Shown: positions 7,089 to 14,741 of the stretch, in pieces
How positions within the stretch are numbered: the stretch's first letter is position 1
How the letters are laid out: every line of letters starts with the position of its first letter
DNA from: Peptococcaceae bacterium
GTDB lineage: Bacteria > Bacillota > Desulfotomaculia > Desulfotomaculales > JACDOK01
Length of the DNA: 24,000 nucleotides
Direction: 5' to 3'
Assembly: GCA_017656185.1 (NCBI GenBank)
Contig: JACDOK010000005.1
Span: 49,201 to 73,200 of the forward strand
Translations under genes and position numbers: made by a program
Notes under the pieces: generated by a model
Database searches by the model: none
What the model saw: only the letters and a program-made list of their open reading frames with translations
Told to the model about the DNA's origin: nothing

Positions 7089-7445
7089 ATGTCTTTATCA
7101 CCTCCCGATGCTATCGAAACATTCTTACAGCAAGTTAGGCGACTTATTGATATCGGCAGATTTGATTTAGTGATTCGTAAAGAAACACGGGCAGCAATGG
7201 TCGCTCTTGGGTTCTCGTCCAAATGGGAGGTAGCTGCAGTAGTAAAGAACCTTGCGGTAAGCGATTACGCCGAAGGGCCATGCCCTGACGATAATCCTAA
7301 TCATACCGGTGATATCTGGGTGTTTGGTCCTGAAATAGAAGGTAACCAGTACTATTTGAAGATTAAGGTGCGAGATCGACCTGAGGTAGTCTGCCTGTCT
7401 TTTCATATTCCCAAATGGCCACTTCGTTGCCCATATCGCAAGTAA
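7089..7445 (+). CDS. mqsR: MqsR-family type II toxin (mRNA interferase), 118 aa
   Basis: ATG after AAGGAGAGG. It is colinear by eye with E. coli MqsR: LQQVRRLIDIGRF vs LSQVKKLVNAGQV, HTGDIWVF vs HTIWQDVY, and GNQYYLKIKV...VVCLSFH vs GQVYLKITV...LIVSFK. Confidence 0.75.
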   Translation: MSLSPPDAIETFLQQVRRLIDIGRFDLVIRKETRAAMVALGFSSKWEVAAVVKNLAVSDYAEGPCPDDNPNHTGDIWVFGPEIEGNQYYLKIKVRDRPEVVCLSFHIPKWPLRCPYRK

Positions 7446-7488
7446 CTATTAGTTGCGGAAAAATAGCAGGAAAAGGAGGTGTTTGATA

Positions 7489-8460
7489 ATGGAACACTGG
7501 CGGTACTGTCCCGAATGTGACAAAGAAACACAATTTATTATTAAAAAAGAACGGGAAGAGCATACGATTAGGGGCGAAAGAATAACGATAGATTTGCCCT
7601 TTTTAGCGTGCTCTCTTTGTGGTCTTGAACTGTTTGATGAAGAACTAACCGGTGGCGCATTACGCGCGGCTTATGATGAAGTTCGAAAAAGAAAAGGGTT
7701 TCCTTCTCCAGATGAGTTAAAAGCAATTCGTAAGAAAATGGATCTAAGCCAGCGAGAGCTTGCTAAACTGCTTGGGTGGAGCCATATTACCATTCATCGT
7801 TATGAGAAAGGAAGTTTTCCCAATGAAGCACATGCAACAGTATTAGAAAGCCTTATTAAGAATCCCACCTATGCTCTGGAACTTCTCAAGAGAAATGCTG
7901 CCAACTTTACTGCTGATGAATTTCACAAAGTGGAATCAAAGTTGCGTCGTTTTGTAACAGAATCGTCTGGCCAAGGGTCTTCACGGGGTAACCGCCCTTT
8001 TGTCATTGAGAAATTGGGTGGAATGGTGGTCTTTTTTGCCCAAAACATTCCTAGCCTTTTTAAAACCAAGCTGCTAAAGCTTTTATGGTATTCTGATTTT
8101 CTCCATTTTAAACGTCACGGCTGCTCAATATCGGGTCTTCAGTATGTTCATCACCGCTGGGGGCCCGTGCCGCGCAACTATACTCAATTACTTGGCCAAC
8201 TTGAGGGCGATGGTGTCATTCGCATTGAGCCGACACTCTTGGGTGAATATGAAGGAGAGCTTATCATTCCATTACGTTATGATGTGGCTAAGATCCTAAC
8301 TGGCGAGGAACAAAACACCATTAACACCGTATTAGGTTACTTTAAGTCTTGGTCGGCCAAGAAATTATCTGACTACTCACATAAAGAAAAAGCCTATGTC
8401 GCTACAGAACATCGTGATCTTATAAGTTACGATTTTGCGAAAGATCTATCCATTAACTAA
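7489..8460 (+). CDS. MqsA-type antitoxin (YgiT zinc ribbon + XRE HTH) fused to a C-terminal Panacea/DUF4065 (SocA-like) domain, 323 aa
   Basis: ATG 7489 preceded by AAGGAGG. The zinc ribbon is CPEC...CSLCG. The HTH is LKAIRKKMDLSQRELAKLLGWSHITIHRYEKG. The C-terminal KLLKLLWYSDFLHFKRHGCSISGLQYVHHRWGPVPRNY fits the DUF4065 signature (KLqKLLYyaD...G.p.tg..y....GPV). Confidence 0.75.
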   Translation: MEHWRYCPECDKETQFIIKKEREEHTIRGERITIDLPFLACSLCGLELFDEELTGGALRAAYDEVRKRKGFPSPDELKAIRKKMDLSQRELAKLLGWSHITIHRYEKGSFPNEAHATVLESLIKNPTYALELLKRNAANFTADEFHKVESKLRRFVTESSGQGSSRGNRPFVIEKLGGMVVFFAQNIPSLFKTKLLKLLWYSDFLHFKRHGCSISGLQYVHHRWGPVPRNYTQLLGQLEGDGVIRIEPTLLGEYEGELIIPLRYDVAKILTGEEQNTINTVLGYFKSWSAKKLSDYSHKEKAYVATEHRDLISYDFAKDLSIN

Positions 8461-8546
8461 AAGCAATACGGGATAGTACTAAACTTCCATGACCGAATAC
8501 AAAGTGGTGGAACGCGGAACTCCGGCAGCAATATAGGCTCGCTGCT

Positions 8547-8574
8547 GGCGCAGTAAAAACGGCGCAGTAAAAAC
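8547..8574. repeat. Perfect tandem duplication of the 14-mer GGCGCAGTAAAAAC
   Basis: Read directly: copies at 8547-8560 and 8561-8574, in the intergenic region. Confidence 0.9.
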
Positions 8575-8595
8575 GTCAGCAGGATTTAGAATCAA

Positions 8596-8628
8596 GGCCG
8601 GTAGCTTTGCTAACCGGCCTTTTTATTT
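8596..8628 (+). terminator. Intrinsic terminator
   Basis: GGCCGGT (8596-8602) pairs with ACCGGCC (8613-8619), followed by TTTTTATTTT. Confidence 0.6.
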
Positions 8629-8693
8629 TCAAAGGAGGTATTTTTCGTGGAACGAATAATCTTAATTCAGACCAGGGACAGGAGGTCGTAAGC

Positions 8694-9287
8694 ATGCGTA
8701 GAGGGTACAAGTTGTTGATAGCGGTGGTGTTGAGTTTGCTCGTGGCGGTGCCGGCGGCTTTCGCGGGAATCAGCTACAACGTAGAGGTCTACGTGAACGG
8801 TGAAAAAGTAGACTTCCCGGACGCGAAGCCTTTCATCGACACCGCTAAGGCCCGGACGTACGTCCCCCTGCGCTTCGTCAGCGAGGCACTGGGCGGCAAG
8901 GTCGCCTGGGACGCCCAGGCCAAAACGGCCGTCGTGGAGCGCAACAACGTGCAGGTAAGGATGCGGATCGGCAGCAGGGTGGCCCTGCGGGACGGGCAGG
9001 ATGTGGCCCTGGACGCCCCGGCAATGATTAGCAAAGCACGGACGATGGTGCCCTTGCGGTTTGTGAGTGAGGCCCTGGGCGCGAAAGTCGTGTGGAACAG
9101 CGGCAAGGTGCTCATCACTGACGACGGCGCATCAGGCGGCGGAAATGAAGTAGTAGACGACCTTTACTTCGGGGATCACAACTATTATGACGGGAACGTA
9201 GAAGTGATCGACCTTAAACCCGGCGGCGGTGGGAAAGATACCACGCCAGCAGATAACAGCATTGAAGATATACCCTGGGCAGAGTAG
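8694..9287 (+). CDS. Secreted copper-amine-oxidase N-terminal-domain (stalk-like) protein, 197 aa
   Basis: ATG 8694 after AGGAGG. Signal peptide MRRGYKLLIAVVLSLLVAVPAAFA. Two copies of the hallmark motif: ARTYVPLRFVSEALGGKVAWD and ARTMVPLRFVSEALGAKVVWN. Confidence 0.7.
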   Translation: MRRGYKLLIAVVLSLLVAVPAAFAGISYNVEVYVNGEKVDFPDAKPFIDTAKARTYVPLRFVSEALGGKVAWDAQAKTAVVERNNVQVRMRIGSRVALRDGQDVALDAPAMISKARTMVPLRFVSEALGAKVVWNSGKVLITDDGASGGGNEVVDDLYFGDHNYYDGNVEVIDLKPGGGGKDTTPADNSIEDIPWAE

Positions 9288-9351
9288 TCGATACATGTAA
9301 CCGGGAATGTTGAACATATTAACGATCAAGTAAAGATTAAGAGTGAGTAAA

Positions 9352-9379
9352 AACCTCCGCATCGGAGGTTTTGTTTTTT
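9352..9379 (+). terminator. Intrinsic terminator
   Basis: AACCTCCG CAT CGGAGGTT followed by TTGTTTTTT. Confidence 0.7.
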
Positions 9380-9392
9380 GGGAGGGAAAACA

Positions 9393-12086
9393 TTGCGTAA
9401 GATATTTCTTGTTTCAATGGTTCTGCTGCTAGTAATGGCTTTTATAGCCCCGGCGCTGGCCATGCCGGTGGACGAGGTCACGACCTACGGCTTCAGCCCG
9501 GAGAGAAACCGCGAGGCCAAAGTGGACGGGAACCTGTTCCACCTGGCCTGGTACCACGGCGGCAGCGCCGGCTACACTTCCTTTTCCGAACCGTTAATTC
9601 TGGACGGCGACCACTGGGGCGGCCGGCTGGCGGGGAAAACGGTGGTGCTGACCGTCGAGGGCAACCGCCTGTGCGGTTACGTCCTGGACGCCCCCACCCT
9701 GGACAGGGCCCCGACTTTTCATGAAGAAAAGCCGGAGTGGTGGGTACAGCTGAGCGGGGACAAAAACACGAAAAGCGACCCCACATTTGTGGATCGGGGA
9801 AACCGCAAGTACGTCTACGTGGGGACGTACAGCCATTTTCTCAACCTGGTTGATATTACGGACTTTTTCCATCCGACGTTGAAGAAATTTAACGCGCAGT
9901 ACGCCACGGACATTACTTCGTCCCCGCTGGTCTTGGACTGGCACGGCCATGAAGTGGCGGTGGCGACCACCGGTAACACCGGCAAGGTGCTTTTGGTGGT
10001 TGACCAGGAAGAAGTGTTCTACGTCGATGCCGGTGCGGGGCGCACGTCTTCGTCCCCGGCCCCGGTGGCCGGCGGACGGGCCTTCGCGGTCGGCCTGGAC
10101 CAGGGGCCGAGCCGCGGGGAACTGCGCATTTATTATCTGGACGACCTTTTGGATATTCGGGATGGTGAAGTGGTACAAGTCAGCCAAAAGGCGCGAGTAG
10201 CAGAACGGCTTTATTCCGGCCTGGCCGGCAGCTTCGCGGTGGACGGTGACGTTCTTTACTTCGGCGACCAGCAGAGCCACTTGTATGCCTACGATACGAA
10301 GCACAAGACGTTTCTCTGGAAAAACAGGACACACGCTCCTCACTTCGCGCACCGGTCACCGGCGCTGACTTCCGATACCGTGTACTGGTCCGCCGTCGAA
10401 AAACCCGGGCAGATTATAGCTCTGGACAAGGCGACCGGCAGGACGCGCTCAGTCAGCAAGCAGTTCAGCTCGCGGGCCCAGACCCCGCCCACGGTGGCAA
10501 GCACGCCGACAAGCAAGACAATCTGGGCCGGTACCGGGGGCGGCTGGATGGTGGGCCTGCACGCCGACGACCTGCAGAAGGAGCGATTCAAGTCCTTCCA
10601 GGTGGTCACCGGCGCCCTCAAGGACAAGTTCGGCTCCGGCGTCGCGGGTACGGTTTCTGCGGCCGGGAAATGGGCGGTGGCCTCCACCGAAGCCGGCATT
10701 ATCGCCTGGCGCTTGGCTGACAGGTTCAACCTGCAGGCCGTAGACCTGCAGACAGGGATACCGGAAGGTGAGAAGGCCCAGCCCGGGCAAACCTACCAGG
10801 GCACGGCCACCTTCAAATACGAAAGCGGCGATTACGGCACTGTGCCCGAGGCCCCGGTAGGTGTGTTTGTAAACGGTGAATACGTGACCCTCACCGACGA
10901 AAACGGCAAGGAACTGCCCAAGAGAACGATCGACAAACAGACCTTCTACTACCTTGAAGACCTGAAACGCGGCGAGGAACGCACGGTGTACTTCACCTGG
11001 AAAGCCACCAGAGCCGGGAAAATCACGGCGGTCATTAACCTGGACAAGCCGCCGGTAATGTGGTTCTTCCAGGAGGACACCTTTGAGGATAACGAACTGA
11101 CAGTACCCATCCCGATGGACGCGGTCAACCTCGTGGCCGTCAGCATCGACCCCGGCACCGACGAAGCCAAACCGGGGCAGCGCTACCGGGGTACCGTGAC
11201 CTTCGCGAACGACGCGGACGTGCCCGTCACCAATGTCCCTGTCGCCTTCTATAACAACGAGTACCGGGGTTGCCTTACAGATGACTCCGGCAACAAAATC
11301 TCGCGCGTCGATTTCCCGGCGCTTTCAGAACGTACATACAACTTCGAATGGCAGGCACCGCCGTCTGGCACGGTGACGTTGAAAGGGGTCATCGACACAC
11401 CACCGCTGCCGGACGACTACGCGGAAACAGACGAAACAGACAACATCTGTGAAGCCGAAGCACCGGTGATCGGGGCACCGGTGAAAAGCAGCGGCACGCT
11501 AACCTTCCATGCCATCAACCAGGCCGGGCACAAAGGATTGGGACCGGTAAAACACCGTCCTGTCAATGAAGCAAAGTGGACAGACTGGGTGACGGCCATT
11601 TTAAAACCTAAGGCCCCCACACCGCCTAAGGGCACATTGGTGAGCTGGGAGATCACCTCGGCAAAGCTGACTTATCCCAAGAAACACCCCTGCTTCACCT
11701 TCGGTTCGCCCTGGCCGCCACAGGGAACGCGGACCATTAATATGACTCCGAAAGGCCACACTGCCGTAGCAGAGTTCGAAGAAGACTGGTCGCTGAACGG
11801 GGCACCTATTTACGCGCGCTGGATCGACTGCGACGGCAGCTTCATTGACGAAGGGCCCATTCCAGGACCGACACCCTATACGATCACCGCGCAGTACACG
11901 ATCAAGTACACCTATCAGTATCAGGTCAAGCACCGCGACTGCGACACGGTATGTGACGCGGAAGGCAACTGCCACCGCGACTGCGATACGTGGTACGAGA
12001 CGGTAACCAAGACCGGCACCACCAGCGGGACGGCCTCGCAAGACCTGCTGGTGACAGGGACAGGCGTAGGGAGTTATGCCGGTTAA
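9393..12086 (+). CDS. Large secreted protein (~897 aa): signal peptide + PQQ/BamB-like beta-propeller + two CARDB-like Ig-fold repeats + Cys-rich C-terminal region
   Basis: TTG 9393 lies 6 nt after GGAGGG. Signal peptide (M)RKIFLVSMVLLLVMAFIAPALA. Propeller-blade motifs include VLYFGDQQSHLYAYDTKHKTFLWKN and VYWSAVEKPGQIIALDKATGRTR. Two paralogous segments start NLQAVDLQTG...KAQPGQTYQGTATF and NLVAVSIDPG...AKPGQRYRGTVTF, CARDB-like with ...TVYFTWKA/...YNFEWQA. HRDCD occurs twice, 14 residues apart (11931-11996). Confidence 0.7.
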   Translation: MRKIFLVSMVLLLVMAFIAPALAMPVDEVTTYGFSPERNREAKVDGNLFHLAWYHGGSAGYTSFSEPLILDGDHWGGRLAGKTVVLTVEGNRLCGYVLDAPTLDRAPTFHEEKPEWWVQLSGDKNTKSDPTFVDRGNRKYVYVGTYSHFLNLVDITDFFHPTLKKFNAQYATDITSSPLVLDWHGHEVAVATTGNTGKVLLVVDQEEVFYVDAGAGRTSSSPAPVAGGRAFAVGLDQGPSRGELRIYYLDDLLDIRDGEVVQVSQKARVAERLYSGLAGSFAVDGDVLYFGDQQSHLYAYDTKHKTFLWKNRTHAPHFAHRSPALTSDTVYWSAVEKPGQIIALDKATGRTRSVSKQFSSRAQTPPTVASTPTSKTIWAGTGGGWMVGLHADDLQKERFKSFQVVTGALKDKFGSGVAGTVSAAGKWAVASTEAGIIAWRLADRFNLQAVDLQTGIPEGEKAQPGQTYQGTATFKYESGDYGTVPEAPVGVFVNGEYVTLTDENGKELPKRTIDKQTFYYLEDLKRGEERTVYFTWKATRAGKITAVINLDKPPVMWFFQEDTFEDNELTVPIPMDAVNLVAVSIDPGTDEAKPGQRYRGTVTFANDADVPVTNVPVAFYNNEYRGCLTDDSGNKISRVDFPALSERTYNFEWQAPPSGTVTLKGVIDTPPLPDDYAETDETDNICEAEAPVIGAPVKSSGTLTFHAINQAGHKGLGPVKHRPVNEAKWTDWVTAILKPKAPTPPKGTLVSWEITSAKLTYPKKHPCFTFGSPWPPQGTRTINMTPKGHTAVAEFEEDWSLNGAPIYARWIDCDGSFIDEGPIPGPTPYTITAQYTIKYTYQYQVKHRDCDTVCDAEGNCHRDCDTWYETVTKTGTTSGTASQDLLVTGTGVGSYAG

Positions 12087-12109
12087 TAGCAATGAAAGAA
12101 GGTTATTAC

Positions 12110-12142
12110 GAACATCCCGGGAAATCAATTCCCGGGATGTTC
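12110..12142 (+). terminator. Perfect 14-bp-stem hairpin after the large gene (terminator-like, weak U-tract)
   Basis: GAACATCCCGGGAA (12110-12123), a 5-nt loop, then TTCCCGGGATGTTC (12129-12142). The following sequence CCTTAAAAACC is not U-rich. Confidence 0.4.
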
Positions 12143-12190
12143 CTTAAAAACCATCAATGAGATATTGAACCGTTACCGAAAGGGAAGTCT

Positions 12191-12568
12191 ATGGTAAACA
12201 ACCAAAGAATTAAAAGAATAGGAACTTTAGATAGACGTGTGATAGAGCTACTAGGACTTTCTATGGCAGAAGGACTGCCTATTCTGATAGGAGATCAAAA
12301 TATTGCACATATGAAAAAGGCACATCCTGAAGACTATGCTCAATATGGTCATAAGATTGAAGAAATTTTATCCTCGCCAACTTATGTTGCAAAACATCCA
12401 CGAAAGAGTTCCATAGAATATGTTAAGGTCTACGAAGTAGAAAATGATTACGTCCTAGTAGCAGTTTGGGCTTCGGGGAGAGGGGTTTTATTTGCTAGAA
12501 CATTATTTGTAATGTCTAATAAAAAAATAAAAAAATATTTTAGCAAAAATGCTTTTAAGCGATATTGA
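12191..12568 (+). CDS. Small PBECR-like (Barnase/EndoU/ColicinE5-D/RelE-like nuclease) domain protein, 125 aa; family assignment tentative
   Basis: The pattern LPILIGDQNIAHMKKAHPEDY...IEEILSSPTYVAKHP...SIEYVKVY...YVLVAVWASGRGVLFARTLF matches, as I remember it, the small Firmicute/phage PBECR proteins (I.I....I.HI.KRHP.D....I..I...PDYV......SIEF.K....Y..VAV....G..F.RT.Y). The gene is markedly AT-rich relative to its neighbours. Confidence 0.4.
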   Translation: MVNNQRIKRIGTLDRRVIELLGLSMAEGLPILIGDQNIAHMKKAHPEDYAQYGHKIEEILSSPTYVAKHPRKSSIEYVKVYEVENDYVLVAVWASGRGVLFARTLFVMSNKKIKKYFSKNAFKRY

Positions 12569-12570
12569 GT

Positions 12571-12598
12571 TTGACACTATCAGTTATTCTGCTATAAT
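12571..12598 (+). promoter_or_regulatory. Strong sigma-70/SigA-type promoter (TTGACA - 16 nt - TGCTATAAT, extended -10)
   Basis: TTGACA at 12571-12576, TG at 12590-12591 and TATAAT at 12593-12598, starting 3 nt after the preceding stop codon. Confidence 0.6.
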
Positions 12599-12604
12599 AA
12601 TTAG

Positions 12605-12753
12605 TGAAATACGTATAATAACAGGAGAAACTTGAGGGCGGAACAGGCAGCCGCCGCCACGTACATACAAGTGTATGTACGGTAGGAGATGCAGATTGCC
12701 ACCTGCCAAGTTTCTCAACCGTTTCAAGGGCCGCGTTTTTCCGCGGCCTTTTT
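12605..12753 (+). ncRNA. Candidate structured leader/sRNA (unassigned class) ending in an intrinsic terminator
   Basis: Closing 10-bp helix GAGAAACTTG (12625-12634) / CAAGTTTCTC (12707-12716). Internal perfect hairpin GTACATAC-AAGT-GTATGTAC (12661-12680). GGCGG (12637-12641) / CCGCC (12651-12655) forms a hairpin whose loop GGCAG (12646-12650) can alternatively pair with CTGCC (12703-12707), giving pseudoknot potential. The terminator is GGCCGCG (12729-12735) / CGCGGCC (12742-12748) + TTTTT. No plausible ORF. Confidence 0.4.
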
Positions 12754-12778
12754 CATATTTTTAAGTCGTTTATGTTTT

Positions 12779-12807
12779 GCGCCTCGTTAGAAGGCGCTTT
12801 TTGTTTT
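12779..12807 (+). terminator. Second tandem intrinsic terminator
   Basis: GCGCCT (12779-12784) / AGGCGC (12792-12797) followed by TTTTTGTTTT. Confidence 0.55.
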
Positions 12808-12883
12808 GCAACAGCAGAGGTCTCCAGTGTTCTGGTTAGTTAGCCGGATAGGAGAATATGGGGGAATTGGGGGAAACGAGGGG

Positions 12884-13402
12884 GTGATAACGATTCGGGA
12901 TCAGCGCGGTTCCCTGACCTTAACCCTGGTGCCTATCTTTTTGATGATTGCCCTGATGGTATTCTTCATCGTCATCGGTACCGCCTTCGGAGCCAGGAAA
13001 GTTGCCTACTGCACTTACCAGTGGTTTGGGGAAGCGATGGACTTTGCCGCTATGGACGCCAATCAGGACGGGGATTTATCGCAAGTAGCGCTGCGTACTC
13101 CTACGGCCCAAACGGCCTTTACCAGGGTCTTTGCCGAGATGACCGGCACCGAATACATAAACGGTAGCTTTATACCACAAGGGCAAAGTCCGTATCCTGG
13201 GCCGATCACCCTGGACAGCTTCGAACCGGTGCAGCCCGGCGACCCCATTCCGTACGGCACAGCCAGGCAGCCGGGTTATGTAGCGGTTATTACCGTGCCG
13301 GTATTTGGTGACGAATATCCATTTATCGGTGAGCAATATGTCACCGTGCCCATGCGGTATTTTGCCGTAGCCCGGTCTGCGGAAGGCATAATCGATCATT
13401 GA
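12884..13402 (+). CDS. TadG/TadE-like pseudopilin (Flp pilus assembly, Tad_N-like N-terminus), 172 aa
   Basis: In-frame GTG 12884 preceded by ACGAGGGGG. The N-terminus (V)ITIRDQRGSLTLTLVPIFLMIALMVFFIVIG resembles the TadE/G-like signature (ERGsvaveFALvLPvLLll..g). Confidence 0.5.
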   Translation: MITIRDQRGSLTLTLVPIFLMIALMVFFIVIGTAFGARKVAYCTYQWFGEAMDFAAMDANQDGDLSQVALRTPTAQTAFTRVFAEMTGTEYINGSFIPQGQSPYPGPITLDSFEPVQPGDPIPYGTARQPGYVAVITVPVFGDEYPFIGEQYVTVPMRYFAVARSAEGIIDH

Positions 13403-13409
13403 GGAGGGA

Positions 13410-14741
13410 TTGAAAATCGGACTTACGGTAGAAGAAAACTGGAGTAGTCACCTCAAAAAACAGAGGGAGAAAATTACGGAAGAGATCGCGCGCCAGCTAT
13501 CTAGGGATCATCCCGAGATACTTCGCGGTGAACTGTCAGATACAGTAGAACATCTTATCCGCCAGGCGGTCGTTCAGCACCCGGACTTGGCACCGGATGA
13601 AGTGGAAGAGGTAGTGGCTGCAATCAAAGGCCAGGTTACCGGATACGGCCCGCTGCAAGAACTCTTCGCGGACCCGGATATTACGGAAATTATGATTAAC
13701 CCTACCAAGGACGGTCCAAGAGTTTTCTACAGCAAACACGGTGTCAAGTTTCCCGTCGAACGCCGTATTTTCAAAGACGACCGCGAGGTAACATTGTTTT
13801 GCCAGCGCATATGCGAAAATGCCGGGCGCCCCTTCAACGCCGACGCGCCGATCGTGGACGCGTGGCTCAAAGACGGCAGCCGTATCAACGTGATGGGGTT
13901 TAAGGTGTCTCCTCTCGGCACGACGGCTACGATCAGAAAGTCGCCTTTGCTGCGACCGCCTTTACCCCTATCGGCTTTGGTGGCATCGGGGACCTTCCCA
14001 CAGTTTGTAGCCGATTTTATGGTCGACGTGCTCGTCAAAGGACACGCTAATTTAGGTGTTTTCGGACGCACGGACAGCGGCAAAACGACAGTCCTCCGGA
14101 GCCTGGGCGATTATATTGATCCCGCCGACCGAACCGTAATAACGGAAACCAGCTTTGAACTCGCATTTCCCAACCTGCCGAACTGCATTAACCTGGTTGA
14201 GGTTGCCTACGGAAACGAAACAATCGTCGATATGAGCATGTTGTGCCGGGCGGTGAACCGCATCAACCCCGACCGTATGATGGTCGGTGAGATCCGCAGC
14301 AGGGAAGTAATTGCCGCCTCCCAGCTCGCGGCCTCCACGTCAGGTGGCTTCTGGACCACCGGCCACGCCGGGAGCGTTGATGATTTGCGGACCCGCCTTT
14401 GGGGCATGTTTCTGGACGGCGGCGTCGAGATCCCGCCGAACTTTTTAGACGAGATAATCCGGTCAATGTTTGATTTCTTGATCTTCCTTGATAAAGAGAG
14501 CAAGACCGATCGCCGCGTCTTAATGTCGCTGGTCGAAGTTACAAGCGAAGGATACCGTACCATTATCCGCTTTGACGAACGGGAATTCCTGGCCAGCCAA
14601 AAACAGACGTATCGATGGATATTTGAAAACCCGGTCACGGACGAGCGCCTGTCACGCCTGGCATTCCGGGGCGCAAAAGTCAAACAGGAATACCGGGAGG
14701 TAGGACACAGAAAACACTTTTACTTGGAGGGTAACGAGTAA
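13410..14741 (+). CDS. tadA: Tad pilus secretion ATPase TadA/CpaF (VirB11-like T2SS/T4SS E family), 443 aa
   Basis: GYGPLQELFADPDITEIMIN, Walker A GRTDSGKTT, Asp box, Walker B PDRMMVGEIR and His box TTGHAGS. Confidence 0.9.
   Translation: MKIGLTVEENWSSHLKKQREKITEEIARQLSRDHPEILRGELSDTVEHLIRQAVVQHPDLAPDEVEEVVAAIKGQVTGYGPLQELFADPDITEIMINPTKDGPRVFYSKHGVKFPVERRIFKDDREVTLFCQRICENAGRPFNADAPIVDAWLKDGSRINVMGFKVSPLGTTATIRKSPLLRPPLPLSALVASGTFPQFVADFMVDVLVKGHANLGVFGRTDSGKTTVLRSLGDYIDPADRTVITETSFELAFPNLPNCINLVEVAYGNETIVDMSMLCRAVNRINPDRMMVGEIRSREVIAASQLAASTSGGFWTTGHAGSVDDLRTRLWGMFLDGGVEIPPNFLDEIIRSMFDFLIFLDKESKTDRRVLMSLVEVTSEGYRTIIRFDEREFLASQKQTYRWIFENPVTDERLSRLAFRGAKVKQEYREVGHRKHFYLEGNE

Noticed and set aside
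9493-12128. Long minus-strand and alternate-frame ORFs inside the large secreted-protein gene (e.g. 9594..10352, 10340..10729, 11601..12128, 9949..10200)
   Set aside because: Their Arg/Pro/Gly-rich translations are typical shadow ORFs of a GC-rich coding region. The plus-strand frame has a signal peptide and repeated domain motifs.
12605-12753. Calling the structured leader a c-di-GMP riboswitch (class I or II)
   Set aside because: This is tempting because of the in-operon GGDEF gene. However, I cannot find the conserved GEMM-I elements (GNRA tetraloop/receptor pair, ACGCAAAGCC-like junction) or a convincing class II core. It is left as an unassigned candidate pending a covariance-model search.
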